NCBI GenBank assembly: GCA_963824115.1
Contig: CAWGOA010000010.1
Location: 11,398-75,397 of the forward strand
DNA: 64,000 bases
Direction: 5' to 3'
Source of the DNA: an uncultured Actinomycetota bacterium
GTDB taxonomy: Bacteria; Actinomycetota; Actinomycetes; Propionibacteriales; Nocardioidaceae
Notes under the pieces: model-generated
Database searches by the model: none
Told to the model about the DNA's origin: nothing
Seen by the model: the letters and a program-made list of their open reading frames with translations, nothing else
Shown here: in pieces, positions 9,695-18,413 of the stretch
Position numbering within the stretch: position 1 is the first letter of the stretch
How the letters are laid out: every line of letters starts with the position of its first letter
Position numbers and translations under genes: made by a program

Positions 9695-10501
9695 TCAGGA
9701 GAACTGCCAGGATCGCTTGGACAGGCCGTACCAGAAGCCGTCGATCACGGAGCGCCCGTGCAGCGAGTCGCCGACACTCGCCCCCAGCGTCACGAAGAGC
9801 GGCGCGAAGTGCTCGGTCCGGGGATGGGCGAGCGTGGGTGCGGGTGCCGTGTGCACGAAGTCGATGATGCTGTCGACGTCGCCGGACGACACGGCGCGCT
9901 GCGCCCAGTCGTCGAACTCGGCCGACCAACCCGGGGCAGGCGTGTCGGCGGGTCGGTGCATGTCGATGAGGCCGAGGTTGTGGGTCGTGAACCCGCTCCC
10001 GAGGATGAGGACACCCTCGTCGCGAAGCGGCCGCAGCCGCCGCCCGATGTCGAACAGCTCCTCCGGCTCCAGCGAGGGCATGGAGATCTGCAAGGTAGGG
10101 ATGTCCGCGTCGGGGAACATCTCCACCAGCGGCACGTAGGCGCCGTGGTCGAGGCCGCGAGCCGGTGCGTCGTGTACCGAGTGACGGGGGCTGGACAGCA
10201 GGCTGCGCACCGTCTCCGCGAGGGCCGGGGCCCCTGGCGCCGGGTACGTCACGGTGTAGTAGCGCTCGGGGAACCCCCAGAAGTCGTACACCAACGGCAC
10301 GGTGGTGGTCGCGCCAAGCGTCAGCGGGGCCTCCTCCCAGTGCGCGGAGACGACCAGGATGGCGGTCGGACGAGGTAGCGCCTTCGACCAGCTCGCCAGC
10401 TGGCCGGTCCAGACGACGTCGTCGGCAAGCGGGGGAGCGCCGTGGCTCAGGTACAGCGCCGGCATCGGTACGGTGGCCGGCTCGACCGTCTCGGTGGCCA
10501 T
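9695..10501 (-). CDS. class III extradiol dioxygenase (LigB/YgiD, 4,5-DOPA-dioxygenase-like)
   Basis: From ATG 10501: MATETVEPATVPMPALYLSHGAPPL, ILVVSAHWE, LDHGAYVPL, LILGSGFTTHNL. Confidence 0.8.
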   Translation of the reverse strand: MATETVEPATVPMPALYLSHGAPPLADDVVWTGQLASWSKALPRPTAILVVSAHWEEAPLTLGATTTVPLVYDFWGFPERYYTVTYPAPGAPALAETVRSLLSSPRHSVHDAPARGLDHGAYVPLVEMFPDADIPTLQISMPSLEPEELFDIGRRLRPLRDEGVLILGSGFTTHNLGLIDMHRPADTPAPGWSAEFDDWAQRAVSSGDVDSIIDFVHTAPAPTLAHPRTEHFAPLFVTLGASVGDSLHGRSVIDGFWYGLSKRSWQFS

Positions 10502-10565
10502 GTGTCCCTCCAAACAAGTTTCACTTTCAAGCATACCCCTACCCCCACCCACAACGCCCCACCTA

Positions 10566-10627
10566 CCACCCGAAGGATCCGACTTTCAGGTAGCTCTGGC
10601 TACTTCACAGTCGGATCTTTGGGGTGG
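10566..10627. repeat. palindromic intergenic repeat element, copy A
   Basis: CCACCCGAAGGATCCGACTTTCAGGTAGCTCTGGCTACTTCACAGTCGGATCTTTGGGGTGG. It is self-complementary and homologous to 17008-17071, 44214-44284 and 55961-56030. It ends 2 nt from the glgA stop codon. Confidence 0.8.
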
Positions 10628-10628
10628 T

Positions 10629-11783
10629 TCAGACCAGGCTGGCGTACAGCCGCACGGTCTGGGCGGCGATGGCGCCCCAGTCGAACGACGTGATCGCCCG
10701 CTCGCGTCCGGCCCGACCCATCCGCCCCGCCAGGGAAGGGTCGGCCACGAGGTCGTTGACCCGGGCGGCGAACTCGCGTTCGAAGCCGGCGGGGTCGTCC
10801 GGCGTGTACTCGACCAGGAGCCCGGTCTCGTGGTCGAGCACCACCTCGGGGATGCCTCCGACCGCGCTGGCGACGACGGCTGTCTGGCAGGCCATCGCCT
10901 CGAGGTTGACGATGCCGAGCGGCTCGTACACCGAGGGGCACAAGAACGCGAGGGCATGGGAGAGCACCTGACGGACGCTCTCGCGCGGAAGCATCTGGCT
11001 GACCACGACCACCCCGTCCCGGCTGGCCTGGAGCGTCTCGATAGCAGCGTCGGTCTCCGCCTTCAGCTCGACGGTGTCGGCGGCTCCGGCGAGCAGGAGG
11101 ATCTGTACCTCGGGGTCGAACGCCAGGCCGGCGCGGAGGAGATGCGGCACCCCCTTCTGCCGGGTGATTCGGCCCACGAACGTGACATAGGGACGCGAGA
11201 GGTCCATGCCCAGCGACTCGACGATCGCCGTGTCCGCGTCGTAGTGGTAGAAGTCCGCGTCGATGCCGTTGTAGATCACGTGGATGCGGTCGTCGGGTAT
11301 CTCGGGGTACGCCGAGGCGATGTCTCGCGCCATCCCCTCGCTCACGGCGATGACGGCGCCGGCCGCGTCGTACGCGGTCCGCTCCGCCCACGACGACAGC
11401 CGGTAGCCGCCGCCGAGCTGCTCGGCCTTCCAGGGGCGGAGCGGCTCGAGAGAGTGGGCGCTCACGACGTGCGGGATGTCGTACAGCAGGGAGCTGAGGT
11501 GGCCGGCCATGTTGGCATACCAGGTATGGGAGTGCACGAGGTCACTCGAGCCGCAGGCCGCAGCCATCGCGAGGTCGGTCGACAGGACCTGCAGGGCCGG
11601 GTTCGCCTGAGGGAACCTGCCGTCCTGCTCGGGGAACGCCATCGCGCCCGGACGGTCGGCGCCCATGCAGTACACGTCGAGGTCGACAAGGTTGCGCAGA
11701 TGCCTGGCCAGGAAGTCGACGTGCACGCCCGCGCCGCCGTAGACATCGGGAGGATATTCGCGGGTGAGGAGTCCGACGCGCAT
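10629..11783 (-). CDS. glgA: GT4 alpha-glucan glucosyltransferase (actinobacterial GlgA/GlgM type)
   Basis: MRVGLLTREYPPDVYGGAGVHVDFLARHL, a C-terminal EPLGIVNLEAMACQT motif, and divergent pairing with glgC as in mycobacteria (Rv1212c/Rv1213, from memory). Confidence 0.85.
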   Translation of the reverse strand: MRVGLLTREYPPDVYGGAGVHVDFLARHLRNLVDLDVYCMGADRPGAMAFPEQDGRFPQANPALQVLSTDLAMAAACGSSDLVHSHTWYANMAGHLSSLLYDIPHVVSAHSLEPLRPWKAEQLGGGYRLSSWAERTAYDAAGAVIAVSEGMARDIASAYPEIPDDRIHVIYNGIDADFYHYDADTAIVESLGMDLSRPYVTFVGRITRQKGVPHLLRAGLAFDPEVQILLLAGAADTVELKAETDAAIETLQASRDGVVVVSQMLPRESVRQVLSHALAFLCPSVYEPLGIVNLEAMACQTAVVASAVGGIPEVVLDHETGLLVEYTPDDPAGFEREFAARVNDLVADPSLAGRMGRAGRERAITSFDWGAIAAQTVRLYASLV

Positions 11784-11865
11784 GCCCAGACCATAGCCGT
11801 CTCAGCACCAGGACGTGCGCCCACCTTCGTGGCCATGACAAGGCGGCCACAGTAGGGTCACACCC

Positions 11866-13107
11866 ATGGTGAAGCCGAAGGTTCTGGGTATCGTCCTTGC
11901 GGGCGGCGAGGGCAAGCGCCTGATGCCGCTCACCCACGATCGCGCCAAGCCCGCGGTGCCGTTCGGGGGGAACTACCGGCTCATCGACTTCGCCCTGTCC
12001 AACCTCGTCAACGCGGGCTACCTGCAGCTGTGCGTGCTCACGCAGTACAAGTCGCACTCCCTCGACAAGCACATCTCGGTGACCTGGCGGATGTCCACGC
12101 TGCTCGGCAACTATGTGACCCCTGTACCGGCCCAGCAGCGTCTCGGCAAGCAGTGGTTCCTCGGCAGTGCCGACGCCATCTACCAGTCGATGAACCTCAT
12201 CAGGGACGAGCAGCCCGACATCATCGTGGTCTTCGGCGCCGACCACGTGTACCGCATGGACGCGTCGCAGATGGTCGACGCGCACGTCGAGTCCGGTGCT
12301 GGAGCCTCCGTCGCGGGCATCCGGGTACCCCGCTCGGAGGCGAGCGACTTCGGCGTCATCAAGACCGCCGAGGACGGGGTGCGGATCTCGGGGTTCCTCG
12401 AGAAGCCGGCCGACCCGCCGGGGCTCGTCGACAGCCCGGACGAGTCGTTCGCGTCGATGGGCAACTACGTGTTCACGACGCGGGCCCTCGTGGACGCCCT
12501 CGAAGCGGATGCGGCGAACGAGGAGTCGAGGCACGACATGGGCGGCGACATCATCCCCATGATGGTCGAGCGCAACGACGCGGCCGTCTACGACTTCAAG
12601 CGCAACGACGTGCCCGGCTCCACGCCCAAGGACAGGGACTACTGGCGAGACGTCGGGACGCTGGCGTCCTACCACGAGGCGCACCTCGACCTCGTGTCCG
12701 TGGAGCCGACGTTCAACCTCTACAACCGCGCCTGGCCCATCTTCACGTCCCACGCGCAGGTGCCGGGGGCCAAGTTCGTCGAGTCGGCGTCCGCCAACGA
12801 CTCGATCGTGTGCGGCGGCTCGATCGTCACCGGTGCGTCGATCTCGCACTCGGTCCTGGGCACGGAGGTCTACGTCGCGACCGGTGCCACGGTCGACAGG
12901 AGCGTCGTGATGGACAACGTGAAGATCGGCCGCGGTGCTCGCGTGGTCAACGCGATCATCGACAAGAACGTCATCGTGCCGGACAGGTTCCAGATCGGGG
13001 TCGACCCCGACGCGGACCGACTCGCGGGCTTCACGGTGACCGACGGTGGCATCACGGTGCTCGGCAAGGACCAGCAGATCCCGGGCGACTACACCGGCGC
13101 TCGCTGA
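11866..13107 (+). CDS. glgC: glucose-1-phosphate adenylyltransferase
   Basis: [47 protein letters not shown] and LGSADAIYQ, plus a C-terminal left-handed beta-helix region. Confidence 0.93.
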   Translation: MVKPKVLGIVLAGGEGKRLMPLTHDRAKPAVPFGGNYRLIDFALSNLVNAGYLQLCVLTQYKSHSLDKHISVTWRMSTLLGNYVTPVPAQQRLGKQWFLGSADAIYQSMNLIRDEQPDIIVVFGADHVYRMDASQMVDAHVESGAGASVAGIRVPRSEASDFGVIKTAEDGVRISGFLEKPADPPGLVDSPDESFASMGNYVFTTRALVDALEADAANEESRHDMGGDIIPMMVERNDAAVYDFKRNDVPGSTPKDRDYWRDVGTLASYHEAHLDLVSVEPTFNLYNRAWPIFTSHAQVPGAKFVESASANDSIVCGGSIVTGASISHSVLGTEVYVATGATVDRSVVMDNVKIGRGARVVNAIIDKNVIVPDRFQIGVDPDADRLAGFTVTDGGITVLGKDQQIPGDYTGAR

Positions 13108-13124
13108 GACGCGTCCCTGCCGCG

Positions 13125-14519
13125 ATGCGCTCCCACCTTCCGGTTTCCGTGGCTGCGGGCAACCCGGTGACGGCCGAGGTCGGTGCGGAGATCCTCCGAG
13201 CCGGTGGCAGCGCCGCCGACGCCGCGGTCGCGATGGTTCTCGCTTCGTGTGTCGCCGAGACGCTGTTCACCGGGCTCGGGGGCGGCGGGTTCGCCACGTA
13301 CTACGACGCGTCGTCGCGTACGACGTCGTGCCTGGACTTCTTCGTGTCAGTACCCGGACTCGACGGCGTGCGGAAGGTGCCGCCCCTCGAGATCGCCGTC
13401 GACTTCGGCGGTCAGGTCGTGCCGTACGCCGTCGGCGCGTCCACCGTCGCCGTACCCGGGGTCCCCGCCGGCCTCGAGGCGCTGCATCAGCGCTGGGGAA
13501 GGATCCAATGGCGTGACCTGGTGGCGCCGGCGATCGTGCATGCCGCCAACGGGGTGTCGTTCGCGCCCCTGCACTCGCGGGTCTTGGCCAAGGTTGCGGC
13601 GGCAATGCTGATCGGGGAGGGCGAGCGGGCGTACGCCCGGGACGGCCAGATCCTGCCTGGCGGCGCCCGGCTGTTCCACCCCGGCCTGGACGGTGCGCTG
13701 CAGCTGCTCGCCGACGAAGGCGCGGCGGCGTTCTACTCGGGACCGATCGGCGAGGAGATCGTGCGCGCGATCGGCGACGGTGGCGATCTCGGCCGGTCAG
13801 ACCTGGCCGCCTACGCCGTGCAGGAGACGCCGGCTCGCACGGTGGCCTTCGGTGACCTCGTCCTGCACGCGCGCGGGAACGATCTCGACGACCTGCTCGG
13901 TACCGCGGAGGCGCTCGAGCTCAGCGACGACCCGGCAGAGCAGGCGCTGTTGCTGGTCGCTGCTTTGCGCGCACCGCAGCTGCGTGGGGACACGACAAGC
14001 GTCGCGGTGTCGGACGGCGACGGCAACGCCTGTGCGGTGACGACGAGCCTCGGCCTGTCCTCGGGCGTGTGGCTGCCGGGCTACGGCATCCACCTGAACA
14101 ACATGCTGGGGGAGGGTGAGCTGTTGCGCGGCAACGAGACTCCCGGTGAGCGGATGGGGTCGATGATGTCTCCGCTCGTCGTCACGGCCGAGGACGTACC
14201 GATACTCGTCGCCGGTGCCGCGGGCGGGAGCCGGATCAGGTCCGCGCTGCTCCAGGTGCTCGTCAACGTGTTCCACTGGCAGCTGTCGGTTCCCGACGCC
14301 ATCGTCGCCCCGAGACTGAATCCGGTGCCGGGACGAGTCCACGTCGAGCCTGGCTTCTCTCCTCGCGTCCTTGCACGCCTGGCAGAAGGCGACGAGGTGG
14401 TCGGGTGGCCGGCGCTGGACTCGTACTTCGGGGGAGTCGCCGCCATCGGCTCGAGCGGTCCCGGTGCGGACCCGAGGCGCGGGGGGGACGTGCGCCGGGT
14501 TGTGGCGACAGCCTCATAA
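13125..14519 (+). CDS. gamma-glutamyltransferase family protein
   Basis: In-frame ATG 13125 (MRSHLPVSVAAGNPVTAEVGAEILRAGGSAADAAVA). Catalytic-Thr region GDTTSVAVSDGDGNACAVTTSLG. The upstream 1.1 kb of ORF 12030-14519 is an overlap with glgC in another frame. Confidence 0.85.
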   Translation: MRSHLPVSVAAGNPVTAEVGAEILRAGGSAADAAVAMVLASCVAETLFTGLGGGGFATYYDASSRTTSCLDFFVSVPGLDGVRKVPPLEIAVDFGGQVVPYAVGASTVAVPGVPAGLEALHQRWGRIQWRDLVAPAIVHAANGVSFAPLHSRVLAKVAAAMLIGEGERAYARDGQILPGGARLFHPGLDGALQLLADEGAAAFYSGPIGEEIVRAIGDGGDLGRSDLAAYAVQETPARTVAFGDLVLHARGNDLDDLLGTAEALELSDDPAEQALLLVAALRAPQLRGDTTSVAVSDGDGNACAVTTSLGLSSGVWLPGYGIHLNNMLGEGELLRGNETPGERMGSMMSPLVVTAEDVPILVAGAAGGSRIRSALLQVLVNVFHWQLSVPDAIVAPRLNPVPGRVHVEPGFSPRVLARLAEGDEVVGWPALDSYFGGVAAIGSSGPGADPRRGGDVRRVVATAS

Positions 14520-14528
14520 GGTGGCCTC

Positions 14529-15354
14529 ATGTCGAACACCAGGCGCCCACGCAATCCCTCCCAGTACGGCGGGCACGGCTCGCCGAGAGCGACGCAAGCG
14601 GTCGTGGTCGCGGTCGCCCTGCTCTGCGTCGGAGCGGTCATCGCCATCGCTCTGGTCGCTCCACAGCGGTGGCGGCTCGACACCGGCGGCATCCGGTACC
14701 ACCGGCCCTACGACGGCCGCCACGGCACCCTCGTCGGCCACAACCTCGTCCGGAACACCGTCGGTGGCGGGGCTGCACTGCAAGGCGGCCCCCGCCCTGC
14801 CTGCCAAACCGAAGAGCTTCAAGGCTGCGCCGCCGAAGTCTCTCGCAGCCAAGGCGACCTGGGACGCAACGATCGCGACCAACTGTGGCGACATCGTGGT
14901 GCAGCTCGACGGCAAGGCGGCACCCCAGACGGTGTCGTCGTTCATCTTCTTGGCGCGTAAGGGCTTCTTCGACAACAGTCCCTGCCACAGGCTGACCACG
15001 AGCGGTCTGTACGTTCTGCAGTGCGGGGACCCGACGGGCACCGGTTCGGGTGGGCCTGGCTACGGCTTCGGCATCGAGAACGCGCCCAAGAACGGCAGCT
15101 TCCCCGCAGGCACCGTCGCGATGGCCAGGGCCACGTCTCCGAACAGCAACGGCAGCCAGTTCTTCGTCGTGTACAAGGACACCGCGCTGCCTACGCAGGG
15201 CGGCGGGTACTCGATCTTCGGGAAGGTGACGAAGGGCCTCGGCATCGTCGCGGCGCTCGCGAAAGCCGGCGTCGCCGCCGGAGGAAGCAGCCAGACCGAC
15301 GGAGCACCTGCCCAGCCGATCAGCATCCTCGGCGTGACCGTGAAGAAGGCCTGA
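14529..15354 (+). CDS. membrane-anchored cyclophilin-type peptidyl-prolyl isomerase (N-terminal anchor in a different frame from the catalytic domain)
   Basis: Cyclophilin core in the frame of ORF 14371-15354: GDIVVQLDGKAAPQTVSSFIFLARKGFFD, HRL, LQCGDPTGTGSGGPGY, MARATSPNSNGSQFFV. A convincing anchor (MSNTRRPRNPSQYGGHGSPRATQAVVVAVALLCVGAVIAIALV) sits in the frame of ORF 14529. The frames switch near 14650. Confidence 0.75.
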
Positions 15355-16993
15355 TGGACGCCCCTGACCTCGTCTTCACGGGAGGCAGCGTCTTCACCGC
15401 CGAGGAGCCGGCGGCTCGGCAGACGACGGTTGCGGTGACCGCGCGGTCGGATCACAGCGGTGGGCGACGATGCGCTGCGCGCGATGGCGGGACCCTCCAC
15501 GCGGGTCGTCGACCTCGGCGGCGGCCTGCTCATCCCGGGCTTCCAAGACGCCCACGTACACCCGTTGCAGGGGGGGCTCGGGCGGCTGACCTGTGATCTG
15601 ACGCCGTACTCCACGGCCGCGGAGTACCTTGCCGCGATAGCTGACTACGCCGAGAGCAGGCCAGACCTCGAGTGGATCACCGGTGCGTGCTGGACGATGG
15701 CCGCCTTCCCTGGGGGCCTACCGCGACGCGAGGCACTCGACGGCGTCGTTCCCGACCGTCCGGCGTTCTTCCCCAACCGGGACGGCCACGGGGCCTGGGT
15801 CAACACCCGAGCTCTGGAGCTCGCAGGAGTCGACGCGGGCACGCCGGACCCGGCTGACGGCCGGATCGAGCGCGACCCAGACGGCACAGCTAACGGCGTC
15901 CTTCACGAGGGGGCGATGGGACTCGTCACGAGACTGCTGCCGCGGGAGAGCCTCGAGGACCAGGTAGGTGCGCTGCTTGAGGCGCAGCGGTACCTGCACT
16001 CGCTCGGGATCACCGCTTGGCAGGACGCGATCGTCGGCGACCACTCGCACATGGCAGACGGAGGCGATGCCTACCAGGCGTGCGCCGCCGACGGCAGGCT
16101 CACAGCGAAGGTCGTCGGCGCGCTCTGGTGGCGCCGCAGCAGCGGCGGGGAGCAGATAGCCGACCTGGTCGAGCGCCGGGCGAGGCAGTCTCGGCCGAAC
16201 TTCAAGCCGACGTCGGTCAAGATCATGCAGGACGGCGTCGCAGAGAACTTCACAGCGGGAATGACGTCGCCGTACCTCGACGGTCATGGCCACCCGACCG
16301 GCAACAGCGGGCTGTCCATGGTCGACCCGGCTGCGTTGCGGGGGTACGTGACCGAGCTGGACAGGCCTGGGGTTCCAGGTCCACGTCCACGCCATCGGCG
16401 ACCGCGCCGTACGCGAGGCACTGGACGCCTTCGAGGCGGCCCGCGCGGCCAACGGGGACAGTGACAACCGGCACCACATCGCTCATATCCAGGTGATCCA
16501 TCCCGACGACGTGGGCCGGTTCCGCGAGCTCGGCGTCACTGCCAACATGCAGCCCCTGTGGGCCTCTCACGAGCCGCAGATGGACGAGCTGACGATCCCC
16601 TTCCTAGGTCCTGAGCGGGCGACGTGGCAGTACCCGTTCGGCTCGCTGGCCGCCAGCGGGGCTCGGCTCGCCGCCGGCAGCGACTGGCCGGTGAGCAGCC
16701 CCGACCCCCTGTGGGGCATCCACGTCGCCGTGAACCGGTCCCTCCCCGACGAAGGGACGTCGGCCGAGCCGTTCCTCGCCGAGCAGGCGCTGGACGTCAG
16801 GACGGCGCTGACGGCCTACACGGCCGGCTCCGCGTATGTCAACCACCTCGACGACACCGGCCGGATCGTCGTCGGTGCGGCCGCCGACCTGGCGATCCTC
16901 GACCGCGACATCACGGCGGGTCCGCGCGAGGAGATCTGCGCGGCGACCGTGCTGGCCACGTACGTCGACGGAGTCGCCGTCTACGAGCGCTAG
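15354..16993 (+). pseudogene. amidohydrolase-3 family metal-dependent hydrolase (YtcJ-like), two frame breaks (about 15443 and 16365)
   Basis: Start ATG 15354 overlaps the upstream stop (ATGA). MDAPDLVFTGGSVFTAEEP... then GRITAVGDDALR, LLIPGFQDAHVHP in a second frame. After VTELDR the sequence FQVHVHAIGDRAVREALDAFEAA, HHIAHIQVIHPDD continues in a third frame (ORF 16493-16993). Confidence 0.82.
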
Positions 16994-17007
16994 CCAGCCC
17001 CCCTTCT

Positions 17008-17071
17008 CCACCCGATAGATCGACTTCGGAGTAGCCATGACTACCTCAAAGTCGGATCTTTCGGGTAGGGG
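17008..17071. repeat. palindromic intergenic repeat element, copy B
   Basis: CCACCCGATAGATCGACTTCGGAGTAGCCATGACTACCTCAAAGTCGGATCTTTCGGGTAGGGG. It lies between the convergent amidohydrolase and DUF3037 genes. Confidence 0.8.
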
Positions 17072-17080
17072 AGATGGCGA

Positions 17081-17473
17081 TCAGCCGAGCACGAGCGCCC
17101 GCATCAGCGAGTCGAGCTCCGCCTCGGGGTCTGTGGTCAGGCCGCCGTGGACGGGGCTCGGCTGGATCACGGTGCTCCTCGGCGCCGACAGGTTGCCGAA
17201 CCTCGCGCCGAGCGAGGCGTTCGCCGCCGAACCCGCCGCTTCGGCTCCGCGGCACACGTCGTCGACGGCCGCCAGCGCGGCCCGCGCAGCGGCTAGGTCG
17301 AGCCCGGCGTCAAGGGCTCGCAAGCGCGGCGGGTCCAGATGGCTCGCGCACCGCAGGACGTCACGGGCCTGGCAGTACAGCACGACTCCGACGTTGACGA
17401 ACTCGCCGCGGTCGACCCGCGGGACACACCGCAGGACGACGTACTGGTAGCCGACCTGCTCGCCGGAGCTCAC
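17081..17473 (-). CDS. DUF3037 domain-containing protein
   Basis: GTG 17473 overlaps the upstream stop (GTGA). VSSGEQVGYQYVVLRCVPRVDRGEFVNVGVVLYCQARDVL matches my recollection of the DUF3037 N-terminal signature. Confidence 0.75.
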   Translation of the reverse strand: MSSGEQVGYQYVVLRCVPRVDRGEFVNVGVVLYCQARDVLRCASHLDPPRLRALDAGLDLAAARAALAAVDDVCRGAEAAGSAANASLGARFGNLSAPRSTVIQPSPVHGGLTTDPEAELDSLMRALVLG

Positions 17474-18240
17474 GCCGCCACCGCTCCGGGCAGCCAGGCG
17501 CTGGCGCCGGCCAGCCGGGCACTGAGGAAGTCGACGTAGGCGGCTCTGACCGCGTCGACGGTGTCGGCTCCGGGCGCAGGCTCGATCCACTCGTCCGGCA
17601 CCTGGTCCACCACCGCTCGCAAGAGCCGGTCATCCACCCTGTCTCCGATCGCCTCGTGCGCTGCTCGGACCCCCGGCGCGTAGCGTGCAAGCACATGCTG
17701 GGAGAGGTCGTACGGCTGAGCCGCGAAGCGCTCGGCCGACCCGAGTCCGTTAGGCCAGGTGTGGTGGAAGTACAGGGCAGCGCCGTGGTCGATCGCCCAG
17801 ACGTCGCCATGCCAGATCAGCAGGTTGGGGTTGCGCCAGGTCCGGTCGATGTTCGCCACGTAGGCATCGAGCCACAGCAAGTCGGCCGCCATCTCGGGGG
17901 CCGGAATGAAGGAGGCGGCGAAGCCGAAGGCGCCCGGCAGGAAGTCGACGCCCAGGTTGAGTCCCACGCTCGCCTTGAGCAGATCCTGGACCTCCTCGTC
18001 GGCCTCATACCTGGCGATGGCGGCGTCGAGCTCCAGAGCGCGCAGCTCAGGCACCCGCAGCCCCAGCCTGCGACCGAGCTCGGTGACAATGACCTCGGCC
18101 ACGAGCGCCTTGCGACCCTGCCCGGCACCGCGGAACTTCGCCACATAGGTACCCAGGTCGTCGGCCTCGACGATCCCCGGCAGCGAGCCGCCTTCTCGAA
18201 GCGGCGTCACGTACCGGATGGCCTTCACTCGGGCGAGCAC
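17470..18240 (-). CDS. HipA-like / PI3-4-kinase-fold atypical kinase (no HipB partner)
   Basis: LREGGSLPGIVEADDLGTYVAKFRGAGQG (nucleotide-binding region) and ANIDRTWRNPNLLIWHGDVWAIDHGAALYFHH (catalytic DRxxxN plus DHG). Confidence 0.72.
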   Translation of the reverse strand: MLARVKAIRYVTPLREGGSLPGIVEADDLGTYVAKFRGAGQGRKALVAEVIVTELGRRLGLRVPELRALELDAAIARYEADEEVQDLLKASVGLNLGVDFLPGAFGFAASFIPAPEMAADLLWLDAYVANIDRTWRNPNLLIWHGDVWAIDHGAALYFHHTWPNGLGSAERFAAQPYDLSQHVLARYAPGVRAAHEAIGDRVDDRLLRAVVDQVPDEWIEPAPGADTVDAVRAAYVDFLSARLAGASAWLPGAVAA

Positions 18241-18413
18241 CTCAGCAGGTTAGCGGGGAGGGCCGGCCGCCCGACACGCCCGAGACCTCGGTAGCAGCAG
18301 AACCGAGTCAGAGTTCGATAGAACTGCCTCGTCGGTTTCACTTTCGCATCCGGCTCTTGCGCTTTTGCCCGCGAGCGGCAGGATGTGAAGTCACGACTTT
18401 CTGGAGGCTCGGT

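Noticed and set aside
10529-10539. The shared 11-mer GTTTCACTTTC upstream of the dioxygenase gene (10529) and upstream of lpqY (18336).
   Set aside because: The orientation relative to the downstream genes differs. An 11-mer repeat is expected by chance many times in 64 kb. There is no palindrome or further similarity.
12030-13124. The 5' 1.1 kb of the 829-aa ORF 12030-14519.
   Set aside because: It overlaps the well-supported glgC gene in another frame and translates to Arg/Pro/Gly-rich low-complexity sequence. Gamma-glutamyltransferase homology begins only at ATG 13125.
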